A stretch of 61,108 nucleotides of DNA, counting the filler, from Dugesia japonica (lineage: Eukaryota): assembly GCA_001938525.1 (NCBI GenBank). It is 5 parts of 5 records of this genome, joined end to end, with 100 filler letters (N's around TTAATTAATTAA, not from the genome) between each part and the next. Parts side by side here need not be neighbours in the genome. Positions count along the whole stretch, not along the records: positions 47,938 to 61,108 come from MQRL01589183.1; 4 more parts are not named here. One strand, written 5' to 3'. The translations under genes were made by a program, and so were the position numbers. Below, piece by piece: positions 48,761 to 61,108 of this stretch (positions within the stretch are counted from its first letter, which is position 1; every line of letters begins with the position of its first letter). The notes below the pieces were generated by a model. That model searched no databases. It saw nothing but the letters and a program-made list of their open reading frames with translations, and was not told the origin of the DNA.

Positions 48761-50395
48761 ACTTTTTAATTTATTCTATATTTATTCTTATAAGAATTAT
48801 TTTCTTTGAATTAATTTATTTTTACTAAATTTTAATTGGTTAATTTTAATTTTTATTTAAATTTAATTACTTAATTATTATAAATTACATTTATTTTAGA
48901 GTTGTCTTCTTTAACTAGTAATTCTTCATGTTTCTGTCTATGTAAAGTAGAAATGTAGTCTGTTCCTAGAGTTTTCCATGTAATGTGATATTGTTCTGGT
49001 GAAATTTTATGTTTATGTTGAAAATGTTTGAAGATTTCATTTTCTTTTTGTTTCAAAATATTTTTTAATTCTTATTCGGATGGTTCTGCATGTTTCACTT
49101 ATATATTTTTCTTGACAAATGGTGCATGTTATTTTATAAGTGACATTTTTCTTATTGTATATATTTTTATCATNNNNNNNNNNNNNNNNNNNNNNNNNNN
49201 NNNNNNNNNNNNNNNNNNNNNNNNNNNNNNNNNNNNNNNNNNNNNNNNNNNNNNTTCTTGGATTGTGTTTGAGTTTAGCATTTTTTATTATATTCTGCAG
49301 GATTTGGCTACATTTCTCATTAATAAAAAGTTATTTAATAACTGTATTTCTTTTTGGCTTGATTTTATTTTATTTTGTATTTAAACATAAATATTTCGAT
49401 ATAATTTTATTTGGGTAGCCTTTATTTAAGAATTTTTTTTTATAAACTTGAGAGAAATCAATTTCATTTCTTTATTTGAAAATAGTCTCTCAGCTCGAAT
49501 TCTTTCACCTTTAATTATACCAATTTTTTGGCTGGTGGTCATATTACTACACCAAGGTAATATGTTAACTGTGAAATGGTTTCATATATAATTGGGTAGT
49601 TAATTTTTCACCAGGTTTCTTTTAGCTTAAAATGTCCAGAAAATAAATCTGAAAGTCAATTGTTTTCTCTAAAGTGAGTTTAATGTTATCATTTATACTG
49701 TTGGCTAATTCTAGAATGGTCTCTAAAGGAGAATTAGTTACAAAGAAAATATCATCTATGTATCTAAAACATAGATGAATTTTCTTGTTTGATTTAAGAA
49801 TTATTTCATTTTCAAAGAAGTTCATAGAAATTATTGCTAGAATAGGAAATAAATTATTACCCATTGCAAGACCATCTTTTTTTTAAAANNNNNNNNNNNN
49901 NNNNNNNNNNNNNNNNNNNNNNNNNNNNNNNNNNNNNNNNNNNNNNNNNNNNNNNNNGTGATCTCTGGAATATCTGTATGTTCTTTGTATTTTTTAAATA
50001 AGTCACTTACAATATCAATGACATTTTTAGGTCTTTTAATTGGAATTGATACATATAGATTTGTTACATCCTATGGACTGAATTCATCATCACTCTTCCA
50101 TTCATAATTTTTAATTCGTTCGATAAACTCATAACTATTATTTAAATGTGCCGGAATGAAACTTAATAGTAGTTTTAATATATCTGCCATAAGTTTGCAT
50201 AATGCAGTAGAAGGAGTGTCAGAAGCGTTTACAACAGGTCTTTGTTTCATTGTTTCTTTGTAATCTTTAGGAACACAGTACATCGCGGATAAAACTGGTT
50301 CATGATATTTAACTGTTGAAAATAAAGATTTTATTGGGTTTCATTTAATATAAAATCTTTGATCAAAATTTTGGTTTTTATATTGATATTAGATC

Positions 50396-50430
50396 ACAAT
50401 TCAATAATTCGATCTTGTCTTCGTCAGAAA
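50396..50430 (-). ncRNA. Degenerate hammerhead ribozyme copy
   Basis: CUGACGA-AGACAAGAUC-GAAU-UAUU-GAAUUG. Confidence 0.5.
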
Positions 50431-50432
50431 GT

Positions 50433-50469
50433 CAATTCCTGACAAAGACAAGGTTGAAATATCGAATTG
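50433..50469 (+). ncRNA. Minimal type I hammerhead ribozyme relic
   Basis: CAAUUC-CUGACAA-A-GAC AAG GUU-GAAA-UAUC-GAAUUG; one core G mutated. Confidence 0.7.
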
Positions 50470-50912
50470 TTATCTAATATCAATAAAAAAACCAAACTTC
50501 TGATCAAAGCTTATATATAAATTGATTTCTATAAAACGATCAATGGTTATGTCCAACAATTATTCTCCTAATAATTGCAATTGTAAAATTTTATTGGATC
50601 TTTATATTTTTCTGCTATTTGATTTAATTGTTTGTTGAATTTTATTTCTTCTGTTGTTCGTAGTCTTTTGTGAGCTATTGTTTCATAATTATTTAAATGT
50701 TCAGAAAAAAATTCATTGTAAGTTTGTTCAGAAAGAGCTACCAATTTATTTGTTTTATTTGTTGATGTAACGATAATTGATTTTAAATTTTTAATTTCTT
50801 TTATAATTTGATATTCATTACTTTTTTATTGTTATTCTTGTTGTTTTTATATGTTTGTAATAGTTTAAATTGAAGGTCCTCAATGTTTTTATCAATTTCC
50901 ATAATAGGAGTA

Positions 50913-53900
50913 TGAGGAAATAATTATTAATTAATAATCTCACCCAACAGGAATTGAGATATCTAAATATTAATATTTAAGTACTTGTATTTAATAATTA
51001 ATTATCTTATGAAATATAGTTTGTAGTAGTAAAATAAAAAATGTCTAACAATATGAATTAACAATTGAAGATCTACCTAACATGGTGGCAGCGGTAAATA
51101 CTGATTCTTTTAATGAGAGGTTATCACTAAAGATGCTCTGCAGACGAGATGATATTGAGAAATTTATCAAAAGGTGTGAATTGTATTTTGAAGCTAAAAA
51201 CATCACTCATGTGAAACAACAGTAGAGATTAGTCTCTTGTTTGTTAGATGAAGATTTGTTGGAAGAATATGCAAAGACGTTGAAAAAAGTTGAAGATATT
51301 CAGGATCGATTGAGTTTGGCATTTGAGAAAGAGAAAGATGTTATCAAAGATTTTCAAAATTTGATTAACTACAAGCGTGGAAATGAAGAGATTCGAGTTT
51401 ATTTTAAAAATCTAAAAGATATAGTGGAAAGATTATTTACAAATAAAGATTTTACTAAGGTAAAAAGGGTTGCAAAGATGCTAGTATATTGTTCAGATAA
51501 CAAAAAAGTTGAAGAAGAAGTGACTTTGCGGAAACTAGAGAATATAGAAGAAATTGAAGAAACAATGACGTTAGTAGATCGAGTATAGAAAAACCGAGAT
51601 CGATTTGATGCAGTTAGAAGTTACGCGAGAGTAACAAGTTGAAATTATCAGAAACGAGTAAATCATACAGTGAATAGACATGTGGAACAAAGAAAGGTAA
51701 AACAAAATATCGAATGTTGGCCATGTCATAAGATCGTCATACTAAAGCAAGTTGTCTGACAAAAAAGGGGTAGAGTGCTGGAGTTGTAACAATACAGGAC
51801 ATATAAGTCAAGATTGTAAAAATAAAAAACCAACAAGATGTTTTGGTTGTGGAAAGGTTGGCTATAAAAGAAGGTTATGTCAAGAAATGAGGTGTAAACG
51901 ATGTGATAATGGTGGACATAGAGCAGAAGAATACTACACAAATTTGAAAAGGAAACGAACCAATGAGAAATTTATGACTGTAGAAAGATCAGGAAACNNN
52001 NNNNNNNNNNNNNNNNNNNNNNNNNNNNNNNNNNNNNNNNNNNNNNNNNNNNNNNNNNNNNNNNNNNNNNNNNNNNNNNNNNNNNNNNNNNNNNNNNNNN
52101 NNNNNNNNNNNNNNNNNNNNNNNNNNNNNNNNNNNNNNNNNNNNNNNNNNNNNNNNNNNNNNNNNNNNNNNNNNNNNNNNNNNNNNNNNTAGGAAAAGTT
52201 ACAGAAAAAGTATACAGGTTCTTAAAGAGGGAAAATTTTGCGGATGATAGAAAAGTTGAATGAGTTGGAACAGTTGAAGCAGAAAAGACAACAAATATTT
52301 CGTACCATAAATTGCAAGGCAGACCATGTGTGACAGTCGCAATTCAAGGAAATAAAGTCGAATGTCTATTAGATACAGGGGCTTGAATTAACATGATGAA
52401 TTCGAGTTGTTTTAATAAATTACGAGAAGTAAATTTAGAAATGAGTGATGAAAGATTGCGTTGTGCAAGTACACTTGAAATTGTTGGNAAATTTAAAATT
52501 GGAGTGATAATTGATGAAGTTTGCAAAGAGATTACTTTCTTAGTTGCTGAAAGAGTGGCACCAGATCTTATAGGACGAATCGATATGCAGAGAAATTTTG
52601 AATATCAGCTTATGCAAAAGATCTATAGCAAAACGGATGAAAAAGTAGAAAATTACATTTGCAATATTGAAGCCAAATTCGGAAGACAAATTTAAAAAGG
52701 AGAGCGATTGATAAGAGCCTTAAATATTTTAAAGATTAAAGAGGATCAACGGTTATTTAAAATAATTGAAAGTAAAGAAGATGCTTTTATGGCAGATAAA
52801 TGGGATGTAGGATGCACACATCTGACAAGACACAAAATGATCACAAGTGGTGAACCAATCAATGTAAAACCGTACAGACAACCAATGAATTTAGAAGCTT
52901 AAATTGAAGAAGCTATCCAAAACCTTTTCGAGAACAATATTATCAGGAAATGCAACTCTCTATGGAATACCTCATTGATCTGTGTTTGGAAAAAGGAAAA
53001 GAAGGATATAAGAATAGGCTTGGATTTTAGACAATTGAATGCAGTAACAAAACGACAAGCCTTTCCGAAACATGGATAATATTGTTTTAATAGAATACCA
53101 TTTGGCATCGCAGCAGCACCAGGGATATTTCAAGAGATGATGACAAAAGTGGTTGGCGGAATCAATGAAGCCATGGTTTATCTTGATGACATTCTGATAT
53201 TTATGAACAATAAAGATCAACACAATGAAGTAATTGAAAAAGTATTGATGGAAATACTGAAGGCTGGTCTAAGAATTAATCCGGAAAACTGTCAGTTTCT
53301 TCAAAGTGAAATCAAGTTTCTTGGACACATAATTAGCAGGGATGGTGTTAGAACTGATCCATCTAAAATAGAAGCTATAAGAACATTTGGCAAACCTAAC
53401 TGCGTGAAGAAGTTACGAAGTGTTTTGGGAATTTTTAATTATTACAGGAAATTTATAGAAAACTACGCAAGAAAATCAAGGATATTAGATCAGTTGTGTA
53501 GCGGACCAAGCAACCAGAAATTAGAATGGATAGATGAAATAAACGATACTTTTGAGGGTCTGAAAAAATTTCTAATGACTGCACCAATATTGTGTTTTCC
53601 AGACANNNNNNNNNNNNNNNNNNNNNNNNNNNNNNNNNNNNNNNNNNNNNNNNNNNNNNNNNNNNNNNNNNNNNNNNNNNNNNNNNNNNNNNNNNNNNNN
53701 NNNNNNNNNNNNNNNNNNNNNNNNNNNNNNNNNNNNNNNNNNNNNNTTATTGGCTGTTTATTATTTCTGTATGCATATCAAACATTACTTGTACGGTAGA
53801 AGATTTACTCTTAGAACAGATCACAAAGCTCTAACTTTCATTATGACGACAAAGAAACCAATTANNNNNNNNNNNNNNNNNNNNNNNNNNNNNNTGAGCA

Positions 53901-54977
53901 GTTTAGACATGGTTTTGGGATAAAGAAAATGAATTCAACATAGTAATGCAGATATGTTATCTAGACTAAGATGTGAGGTATGTGTACAGTGTCCAATGTC
54001 ACATGAAGATACCAAGAAAGGGATTTTAAAACAAGAATACTGAACATAATCGAAAAGGAAAAAGAAGATCAGTTAAGCATTTCTGAGGAAACAGATTTGA
54101 TCAAGAAAATGAAAATTCCAGATGACAAACTACATGAAAGAATAGAAGAAATACATAAATTATTGTGTCATGCAGGAGTTGAAAAGGTTTACGAATATAT
54201 GAGAAACAAATATATTGCAAAGAATTTGTGGAGCCAATTACAGAAAATAGTTCGTAGTTGTAAAATTTGTCAGAAGATCAAAGTAGTTACAACAGCAACT
54301 AAACAGAAGATAAAGAAATTAGAAGCTAATAATTTGTTTGGAGTGATATTCACAGATATATGTGGGCCAATGCTATAGACAAGGGAACGATAAAAATACA
54401 TTCTTGGAATAATCGACCAGTACAGTAAATATCTAGTTCTTATACCATTGCCTAGACAAGACGAGGAAACAATACGAAAAGCTATTTTTGAAAAGTGGAT
54501 AGTGAGATTAGGATGTCCAAGAGAGATAACATTAGATTGTGGAAAAGCTTTTGAATCCAGAGTTATGACCGAGTTTGCACTGAAGTTAGATATTAAACTT
54601 TGCTTTTCGAGTCCATATCATCATAATCCAAACGGAAAAATTGCGAGACAGTTCAGGACAATTCGAAATTTGATTAATGCAACTATACTATCAAAGAAAT
54701 ATTAAAATACAATAAAATTCCATTTACAGAATGTAATAAATTATATATTTGTAGAAATTAACTTTAATTTTAGTTTTAAATATTTTCTGTTCTATCTGTG
54801 TATATTTTATTTATTAAATACATTGATGCGTTTAAACAATTGATTCTAGAACATTCTTATTGAATTTAATTTAAATTCAATTTAATTTAAATTCAATAAA
54901 ATCAAATTAATGTTGATTTAAATTTTAATTAAAATAATGTTAAAAAACCACAACATTTAATTTACAGAATGTAATAA

Positions 54978-55025
<48 letters not shown>

Positions 55026-55780
55026 ATATATATATATTTGTAGAAATCAACTTTAATTTTAGTTTTAAAGTATTCTCTATTCTATCTTTGTATATTTTAT
55101 TTAGTTATATTTTTAAAAATTAAACACCACTTTTAATTTATTTTTAAAAAATTAAAAAACACTTTTAATTAATTTTCAAAGATTTCACTCAAATTAACAT
55201 TATTTTTTAAAATTTTTTAAAAGAGGTATTTTTTTGAGATTTTTTAAGAGAGGTAAGATTAGATTGTGGAAAAGCTTTTGAATCTAGAGTTATGAGAGAG
55301 TTTGCACTGAAGTTAGATATTAAACTTTGCTTTTCGAGTTCCTATAATCATAATGCAAACGGACAAATTGAAAGACAGTTCAGGACAATTCGAGATTTGA
55401 TAAATCCAACACTTCAGGAAAAGAAGACAACAGATTGGGCAGATCTTTTACCGGAAATAGAATTTACAATGAACGCAACAGAAGACTACTGGAATGAGCG
55501 CAGCTGAGATTGAATTTGAATAGAAGATTAGCAGAGAAAAATGTTATGAGTCAGATGTTTCAGATAAAACTAAAGAAAACACTTCAGATGGGATTACAAA
55601 TAAAGAATTCAAAGTGGGCGATTTGTACTCATCAAAATAGAAACAAGAAATTAAAGCTAAGTTAGATTTGAAGGTCCTTTATCAAATAATTGAGAAAAGT
55701 CACAAAAGACGGTTTAGGTTCTTGTTGTGTAAACGATAGAAGCTCTAAAATGATGTCTTTTAAAAAGAAGGAGAGAAATA
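50913..55780 (+). mobile_element. Near full-length Ty3/Gypsy element (gag-pol), decayed and probably chimeric
   Basis: LTR-like 50913-51082 ending CA; PBS TGGTGGCAGCGG at 51083; Gag with several CCHC knuckles; LLDTGA; YLDD; RNaseH; HHCC-IN; PPT near 55762. Confidence 0.93.
54978..55037. repeat. (AT)n microsatellite
   Basis: Interrupted AT dinucleotide run. Confidence 0.95.
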
Positions 55781-56069
55781 ACGATATAAATATTTATTAC
55801 ATTTAATATAACATATGATACATAAAATAAGTTTCAGTTCTAGTGATGAGAATGCGAATTCACTTATCTGTTTCGATTCGTATGTGTGAGAGCAATATAT
55901 CATTATAGATTTTTTTGAGAGCATTACATTGTTATCAACATTTTTGAGAACAATATATCAAATAGTTCATCAGTTTTCATTTATCGTATGGCAAATCATT
56001 CATGCGTGACCTGAATACATATGCTTTATTTCATTGAAAGGAAATAAGATTAAAAAACTTGTTTAACGA

Positions 56070-56430
56070 CGATTAAGCATAATGAACTTGTTTAAGCGTA
56101 TATGAGCATATCTGCGAATCTTGGTATATATCTGAGTCTACTGAGTGTATTAAAAATATTTTTATATATCTGAACATAATCAAATACATAGAAGACAATG
56201 AGCACATTCAAACTGATCTAATGATGTTAGAATATCTCTGATAATATTTAGTCTATCGAAGACCAACTGAGCTTATGATAACTGAGTCTATTGAGAATTT
56301 TTGAGAAGGTTTGAGTAGATCTGAGTTCAGCTGAGTGTAGTGAGCTTGCTCAATCATATCTGATCATGTTTGAATACATCTGAGCATATTAAGCTTCTTT
56401 GAGCATATCGGAACACATTTGAGTTGATTT
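56070..56430 (+). repeat. Degenerate ~10-bp periodic repeat
   Basis: Recurrent TCTGAGCATA/TTTGAG-like units. Confidence 0.55.
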
Positions 56431-58394
56431 GCAAAATAATTAGGTCACTTAATTTTGGATTTAGTATTTAAGAATTCTTTTTGGAATTAAAAAGAGTTAA
56501 ATTTTGAGAAATTAAAATATTTTGGGATAGAATGAAATCATGTGAATTAAAAATTTTGAATTAATTTGATATTGACAAATTGCGAATTTTGAGGTAATTT
56601 TTATTTGCTTTCTTTTACATTGAAGTTTTGATAAATCAACTCCTTAAAAAATTGTATTTGTCACTTATTAGAATTTAATTTTATTTTTGTTGAAATTCAT
56701 TTATTGCTGCTCCTACAAAAGTAGACAAATAGTTAATTGATTATTTATTTATTGAAAGTTTAAAATCACTAAATCCTTGTTGGTACTGTAACTAAACAGC
56801 AGAGATTCAACATTCCATTATATGTATATATAAATTCAGCGATTCCCAAAAATTTTAATCCTTGTTTATTAGGATTTGACTGATGATCCTAAAGGTTAGT
56901 AAGCAATACTAAAACATATTTATCTAAAATTAAATAGTATCGACTTATTACTTAGTACGTCCCCTAAAATCAAATCAATTGTTTAGATTTTTTTGATTTG
57001 TATTAAATTGTATTTAATTGTTATACTTCACAAATTTTTTATTAAATAAACTGTCTTCGTCTTAATTGATATATTGTTATCTATTATATTTATTATTTAT
57101 AATAAATATATAAAACCTACGCGCATTTTTAGTATATTGGAGTCAGAATAAAACCATTGTTAGGTGTCTTTACCTACGAGAATCCAACAAAAGAAGGAGT
57201 CTGTGTGCTTTTCTAGAGATGCAGAGTCACCAGGATGTCTTTGAAAACTAACATGGTACAACCGTAAATTCTCACTGTTTTGACGAAAAGCTTCTAATCA
57301 TGGAGTAACCTATATTGCAGACTCAAAGTATTGGAAACCCAACAATTTTTTTGTTTTAAATTTTAGTTAAACATGTTTAATGATACTCTTTTATGAAACA
57401 AATAATGATACTGAATTATCGAGTGTTGACTCAAAATGTTTTTTATTTGTTAAATATTACTGTGTATGTATTGCATCATATCAGCAAATTGTGATTTTAC
57501 GAAAAATTTCTTTGAAATATTGCGATTAAATATGCATATGCCTTAACTTTTTAAAATTATTTTATTTTCGTTATGCAAATGTTGTTATTATCATTTTAAT
57601 TCTCAAAAATGTTATTGGACATCAAGACTAGTGAATACAATTACTCAAGAATTATACTACCCATGTTATCGAGTTACTCGAAATTTGCCCATTACTAAAG
57701 ATAACCAGGATTTTATCCCTTAGACACCAGAGAAAAACTGTCCAACTTTATTTGGCAATACTTGTTAGGGCTATCTAGTAGCTATTAGTGGAATTTAACA
57801 CCAAAGACAACTACATAATCCCAGAATGTGCTGTTAATTTTTGTTTATTTTAACATAAAATTTATCAATGATGTTGTTAATGTACCCTCGCGAGTATCCT
57901 GCAAAATTCCCGAGTTATCAAGATACCCGGGATTGCATTTCCTATTGAAGACTATTATTATAAAAAGTAGTTTTGTAATTGGTATGATAATTGATAATAC
58001 TAAAATGCTAACAAATTATTTTGGATACCTTAAAAAATAAATTTCACATTAAAAAAATGTAAATATTATTACGCAAAAAGAAATCATATTACCTAATATT
58101 TTATAATGAAAAAATAAAATTAAAATGAAAATATTTTAAAAGTAAAACAATAAATTAAACTGTAGCCTTAACGAAATAAATGTTACTCAATTAATCGATT
58201 ATATTTTACAAAAATATTATATAAATGATGAAAATGTGACAAATATATAAGAAATATTAAGTTGGAATTTTCAATGGAACTAATGTTTTATTAGATCAAA
58301 TAAAAATAATATATGTGTTTGATTTTAAAAAAATAAGGATGAAAATTTTCAAGTTTTAATAAACAAAATTTTAAATAAATTATATTTTAAACTA

Positions 58395-58895
58395 ATGCAG
58401 CCTTTTAATTTTCAAAATTATCAAGGATCGTCTAGCAGTACTTTCAATTTTTCCAAAACCATATCCGATGTTTTCAGTGATACTGAAACTATTAAATGTG
58501 AATATTGTGATAATCTTATAGATAAAAAAGCATCTAAATGTCAAGTTTGTAATTCTTCAATTCATGAAATGCCAAGTAGAAAAGTTTTTGTAAAAAATGA
58601 AACATCCAAAGGATTTAAAGCAGTTCAGATGAGTAATATGGGAAAACAAAACCCATTTAATAAATTGCTAACCAGCAAAAAGGATTGGGAGTGTCATAAT
58701 TGCCACACTATCAATTCGAAAAATGTTTTATATTGTGAAAAATGTTCATGTAAAAAACGCTATTCGAAAATAGAAAGCACCATTCCAATTAAGAAAGCAA
58801 GATTAGATTGTGAGTGGACATGTAGCATGTGTAGTTTTGTAAATAGGAATTCTTATTATAACTGTGAAATTTGTTTCCAAGGTCGGAGTAGTTAA
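58395..58895 (+). CDS. Small RanBP2-type (zf-RanBP) zinc-finger protein, 166 aa
   Basis: Intact ORF; WECHNCHTINSKNVLYCEKC and WTCSMCSFVNRNSYYNCEIC fit W-x-C-x2-C-x3-N-x6-C-x2-C; a third C4 finger CEYC-x10-CQVC. Confidence 0.85.
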   Translation: MQPFNFQNYQGSSSSTFNFSKTISDVFSDTETIKCEYCDNLIDKKASKCQVCNSSIHEMPSRKVFVKNETSKGFKAVQMSNMGKQNPFNKLLTSKKDWECHNCHTINSKNVLYCEKCSCKKRYSKIESTIPIKKARLDCEWTCSMCSFVNRNSYYNCEICFQGRSS

Positions 58896-59889
58896 TTTGT
58901 TGATGATTAATATTCACTTATTTTTCATTGTATATTTAATTGATGTTAACATGACTGATTCTTACAAACACTTCATATATTTGTTTTTCAATATATTTTT
59001 CTTGATTAATGTTTAAGTTTGGAGTATAAAATAATAAAATCAAAGTATCTGTTTTAGGAGCTCTCCGTGAGTGATGCCACTGATGGCACCATGTATTTGT
59101 GATGATTGGGTGAGTGGCTCTGGTAATGTGACATCACAAAAAAGTACTAATTCCAGCGTATATCGATATTATTGTATATTGTTTGATATGCGTTGTTCTA
59201 GATTCTAAAATCTGTTCATATTAAACGTTTTTTGAATGATTTAAATTTTATTATGACGCAGGTTTATCGACTAATTTTATCGTGTTCAAATCCTTGTCAA
59301 TACAAATAACAAATTCCTTCTTGAAACTGAAATCGAAATTTATTTTTTATATAAAGCTTCCATTTTTCTGGGTAATTATTTTTAAGTTATTAAAATATAA
59401 GAAATAACAAATATATTATCTGTCGAAGAAATAATAATAAATAAAAAGAAATTTAATTGATATATACAATTTGGATTTTAACATCTTATTATAAAAATAT
59501 TTTGTAAAGAATTATTGTGACGTCATATAAGGGAGTCTGAAGTTATGTAACGAATTGTAACAAAAGTGGATTTTAAATTTACCGAAATTGTATGATGTCA
59601 TTTATGAATTTCATTGAAATAATATTGGAGGAAAAGCAATATTTCTTTCAAATTTATACTATGAAGCAATTAAAAATTTATTATTTATTTACGTGCATCA
59701 TAGGAAAGTTAAAGAAAAAAGATAAATTCAATGTTTTTTAAGGTTTATCAAATTTATTGTTATTTTATGCTTTTATTACTGATTGTTTGAAAATTTTAAT
59801 TGATTGTTAATGTTATACTGTAATAATATTAATTATATTATGGCTAGATTAAATTATGAAATCTGAATTAACAAAATATGAAACAGTTT

Positions 59890-60743
59890 AGTTATTTCTA
59901 ATGAATGACCGGCTAGTTTATTCCAATCGATCAATAACTGTTGATTTTAATTTAAAATACTCGCAGACGAACTTAATTAACCAGACAATTGGTGGCAGGC
60001 CAATGAAATAGATTACTAAGAAACAGGAAGTGTAGACGATAAACCTCGAATATGATTTCAAATACGTCTAGGAAAACTTGCTCAATTGACAGGTATTAAC
60101 AGGAAGTCTATCCCGTAAATTCTTATAAAACATTATTTTCATCCATCTAAAGTGCAACTCGTTTAAGAATTGCATGATGATGATATTGATTGTCGTATGA
60201 AATTCTGAATAGTTCGTAAAACAGTGAAACCTCATCTCTAACATTTTCTTCACTGACGAAGTGGCATTTCAATTTAGTGGTCATTTCATCAGGGGTAAGT
60301 ACTGACGTAAATCCTCTTTAGATGAAGGCAACTCATTGGCAATATTACCCTAAAGTAATGATATACGCCACATTGTGGTGAGAACAGCTTTTTTGAAATG
60401 TATGTCACGGGAGAAAAGTTTTTGCAAATGTGGCAATTGTAAAAACGAGCGAATATGTGTTTCATGCATAATTGTGTACCTGCACATTTTTCTTTAATTA
60501 TCCACAATTTTTTGAATGCTTCATCTCCGAAAAAGTGAGTCCTCAACTTCTTTCTGTAGGACCGCCTGAATTCTGTTTTGTATATAGACCGCATGAGAAA
60601 CGTCTTAGAATTTAAAAATACAAGAATATTGGATTTCGCCAATATCAATATTTAAGTGTTANAGAATGTTCAGACTTCATGTTTGCGTCGAATTGAAGTG
60701 TTTAGAGGTTCAGAGTCATCAATTTGAACATTTATTGCAATAA
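59890..60743 (+). mobile_element. Tc1/mariner-superfamily transposase relic (maT/rosa-like)
   Basis: FHPSKVQLV*EL.DDD, FTDEVAF, PKVMI, CFMHNCVPAH, ends HQFEHLLQ*. Confidence 0.8.
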
Positions 60744-61108
60744 ACTGCTATTTTTATTATTATATAAAATTTCCTATAGTGCGGGACTTTTCATTTAATT
60801 TTTGTTAATTTCGCTTCATGATTTATTCTAAATATAACAGAATTAATATTATTACAGTATAATTTTATTATAGTAATTCAGTGTTCTTCAGTTAGTTCCG
60901 GCGGTGGTCACAAGTGACTCAATGCTTATACTAGCATATCGGCGATTTTTTGGTCTCATTTTCCCTGATCTTATGTGAGCTGCTTTTTCTGTATTTCATT
61001 CCTTTCTCTAAATTCGGTTAGTTTAGTCTCAAGCTCTCGGATTTGTATATTTTTACCGTTGTTTGTCATAAGTGATCCAACATGATTCCATATTGGTGCC
61101 TAATTCTA

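Larger units (their letters stand above)
48660..50910 (-). mobile_element. Penelope-like retroelement (RT, endonuclease tail and pLTR), decayed
   Basis: VPK...RPVV, DVTNLYVSIP, GLAMGN..P, FRYIDD, IKLTLE..FLD, IFKHFQHKH; pLTR near 48670-48770; inverted pLTR insert at about 50315-50590. Confidence 0.9.

Noticed and set aside
56770-57320. Possible terminal exon on the minus strand after TACTAACCTTTAG (DHQSNPNKQGLKF...LCCLVTVPTRI*)
   Set aside because: Good acceptor but only 39 codons, and no consistent upstream exon could be phased

Overview
This is very AT-rich eukaryotic DNA, almost all of it mobile-element derived. An invertebrate source is likely, and a planarian-like genome is my inference only. 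The window is five scaffolds joined by identical 100-bp artificial linkers (N44-TTAATTAATTAA-N44): A 1-16712, B 16813-27919, C 28020-39232, D 39333-47837, E 47938-61108. Scaffold A carries a nearly complete but mutated Polinton/Maverick (adintovirus-type) endogenous dsDNA virus. Its plus-strand genes are an internally deleted major capsid protein, a parvovirus-like PLA2, an rve integrase, an A32-like packaging ATPase, a GG-F core-like protein, a penton, an adenain protease and a 2-TM putative membrane-active protein; a zinc-finger/EndoVII-bearing protein-primed PolB converges from the minus strand. Scaffold B holds the most unusual structure, a 4.4-kb TGTTG...CAACA element with a CTAG target duplication nested inside a MULE. 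It has a CCAAT-rich promoter region, a 21-nt mini-exon ending in A, and four acceptor-ORF cassettes. Two cassettes begin with TG, so splicing would assemble their ATG. A relative of this element lies in scaffold D. The remainder is decayed Ty3/Gypsy, hAT, Tc1/mariner, pogo and Penelope elements (with minimal hammerhead ribozyme relics), two more Polinton PolB fragments, microsatellites, and one intact RanBP2-type zinc-finger ORF. All calls come from motif recognition by eye; no searches were run.
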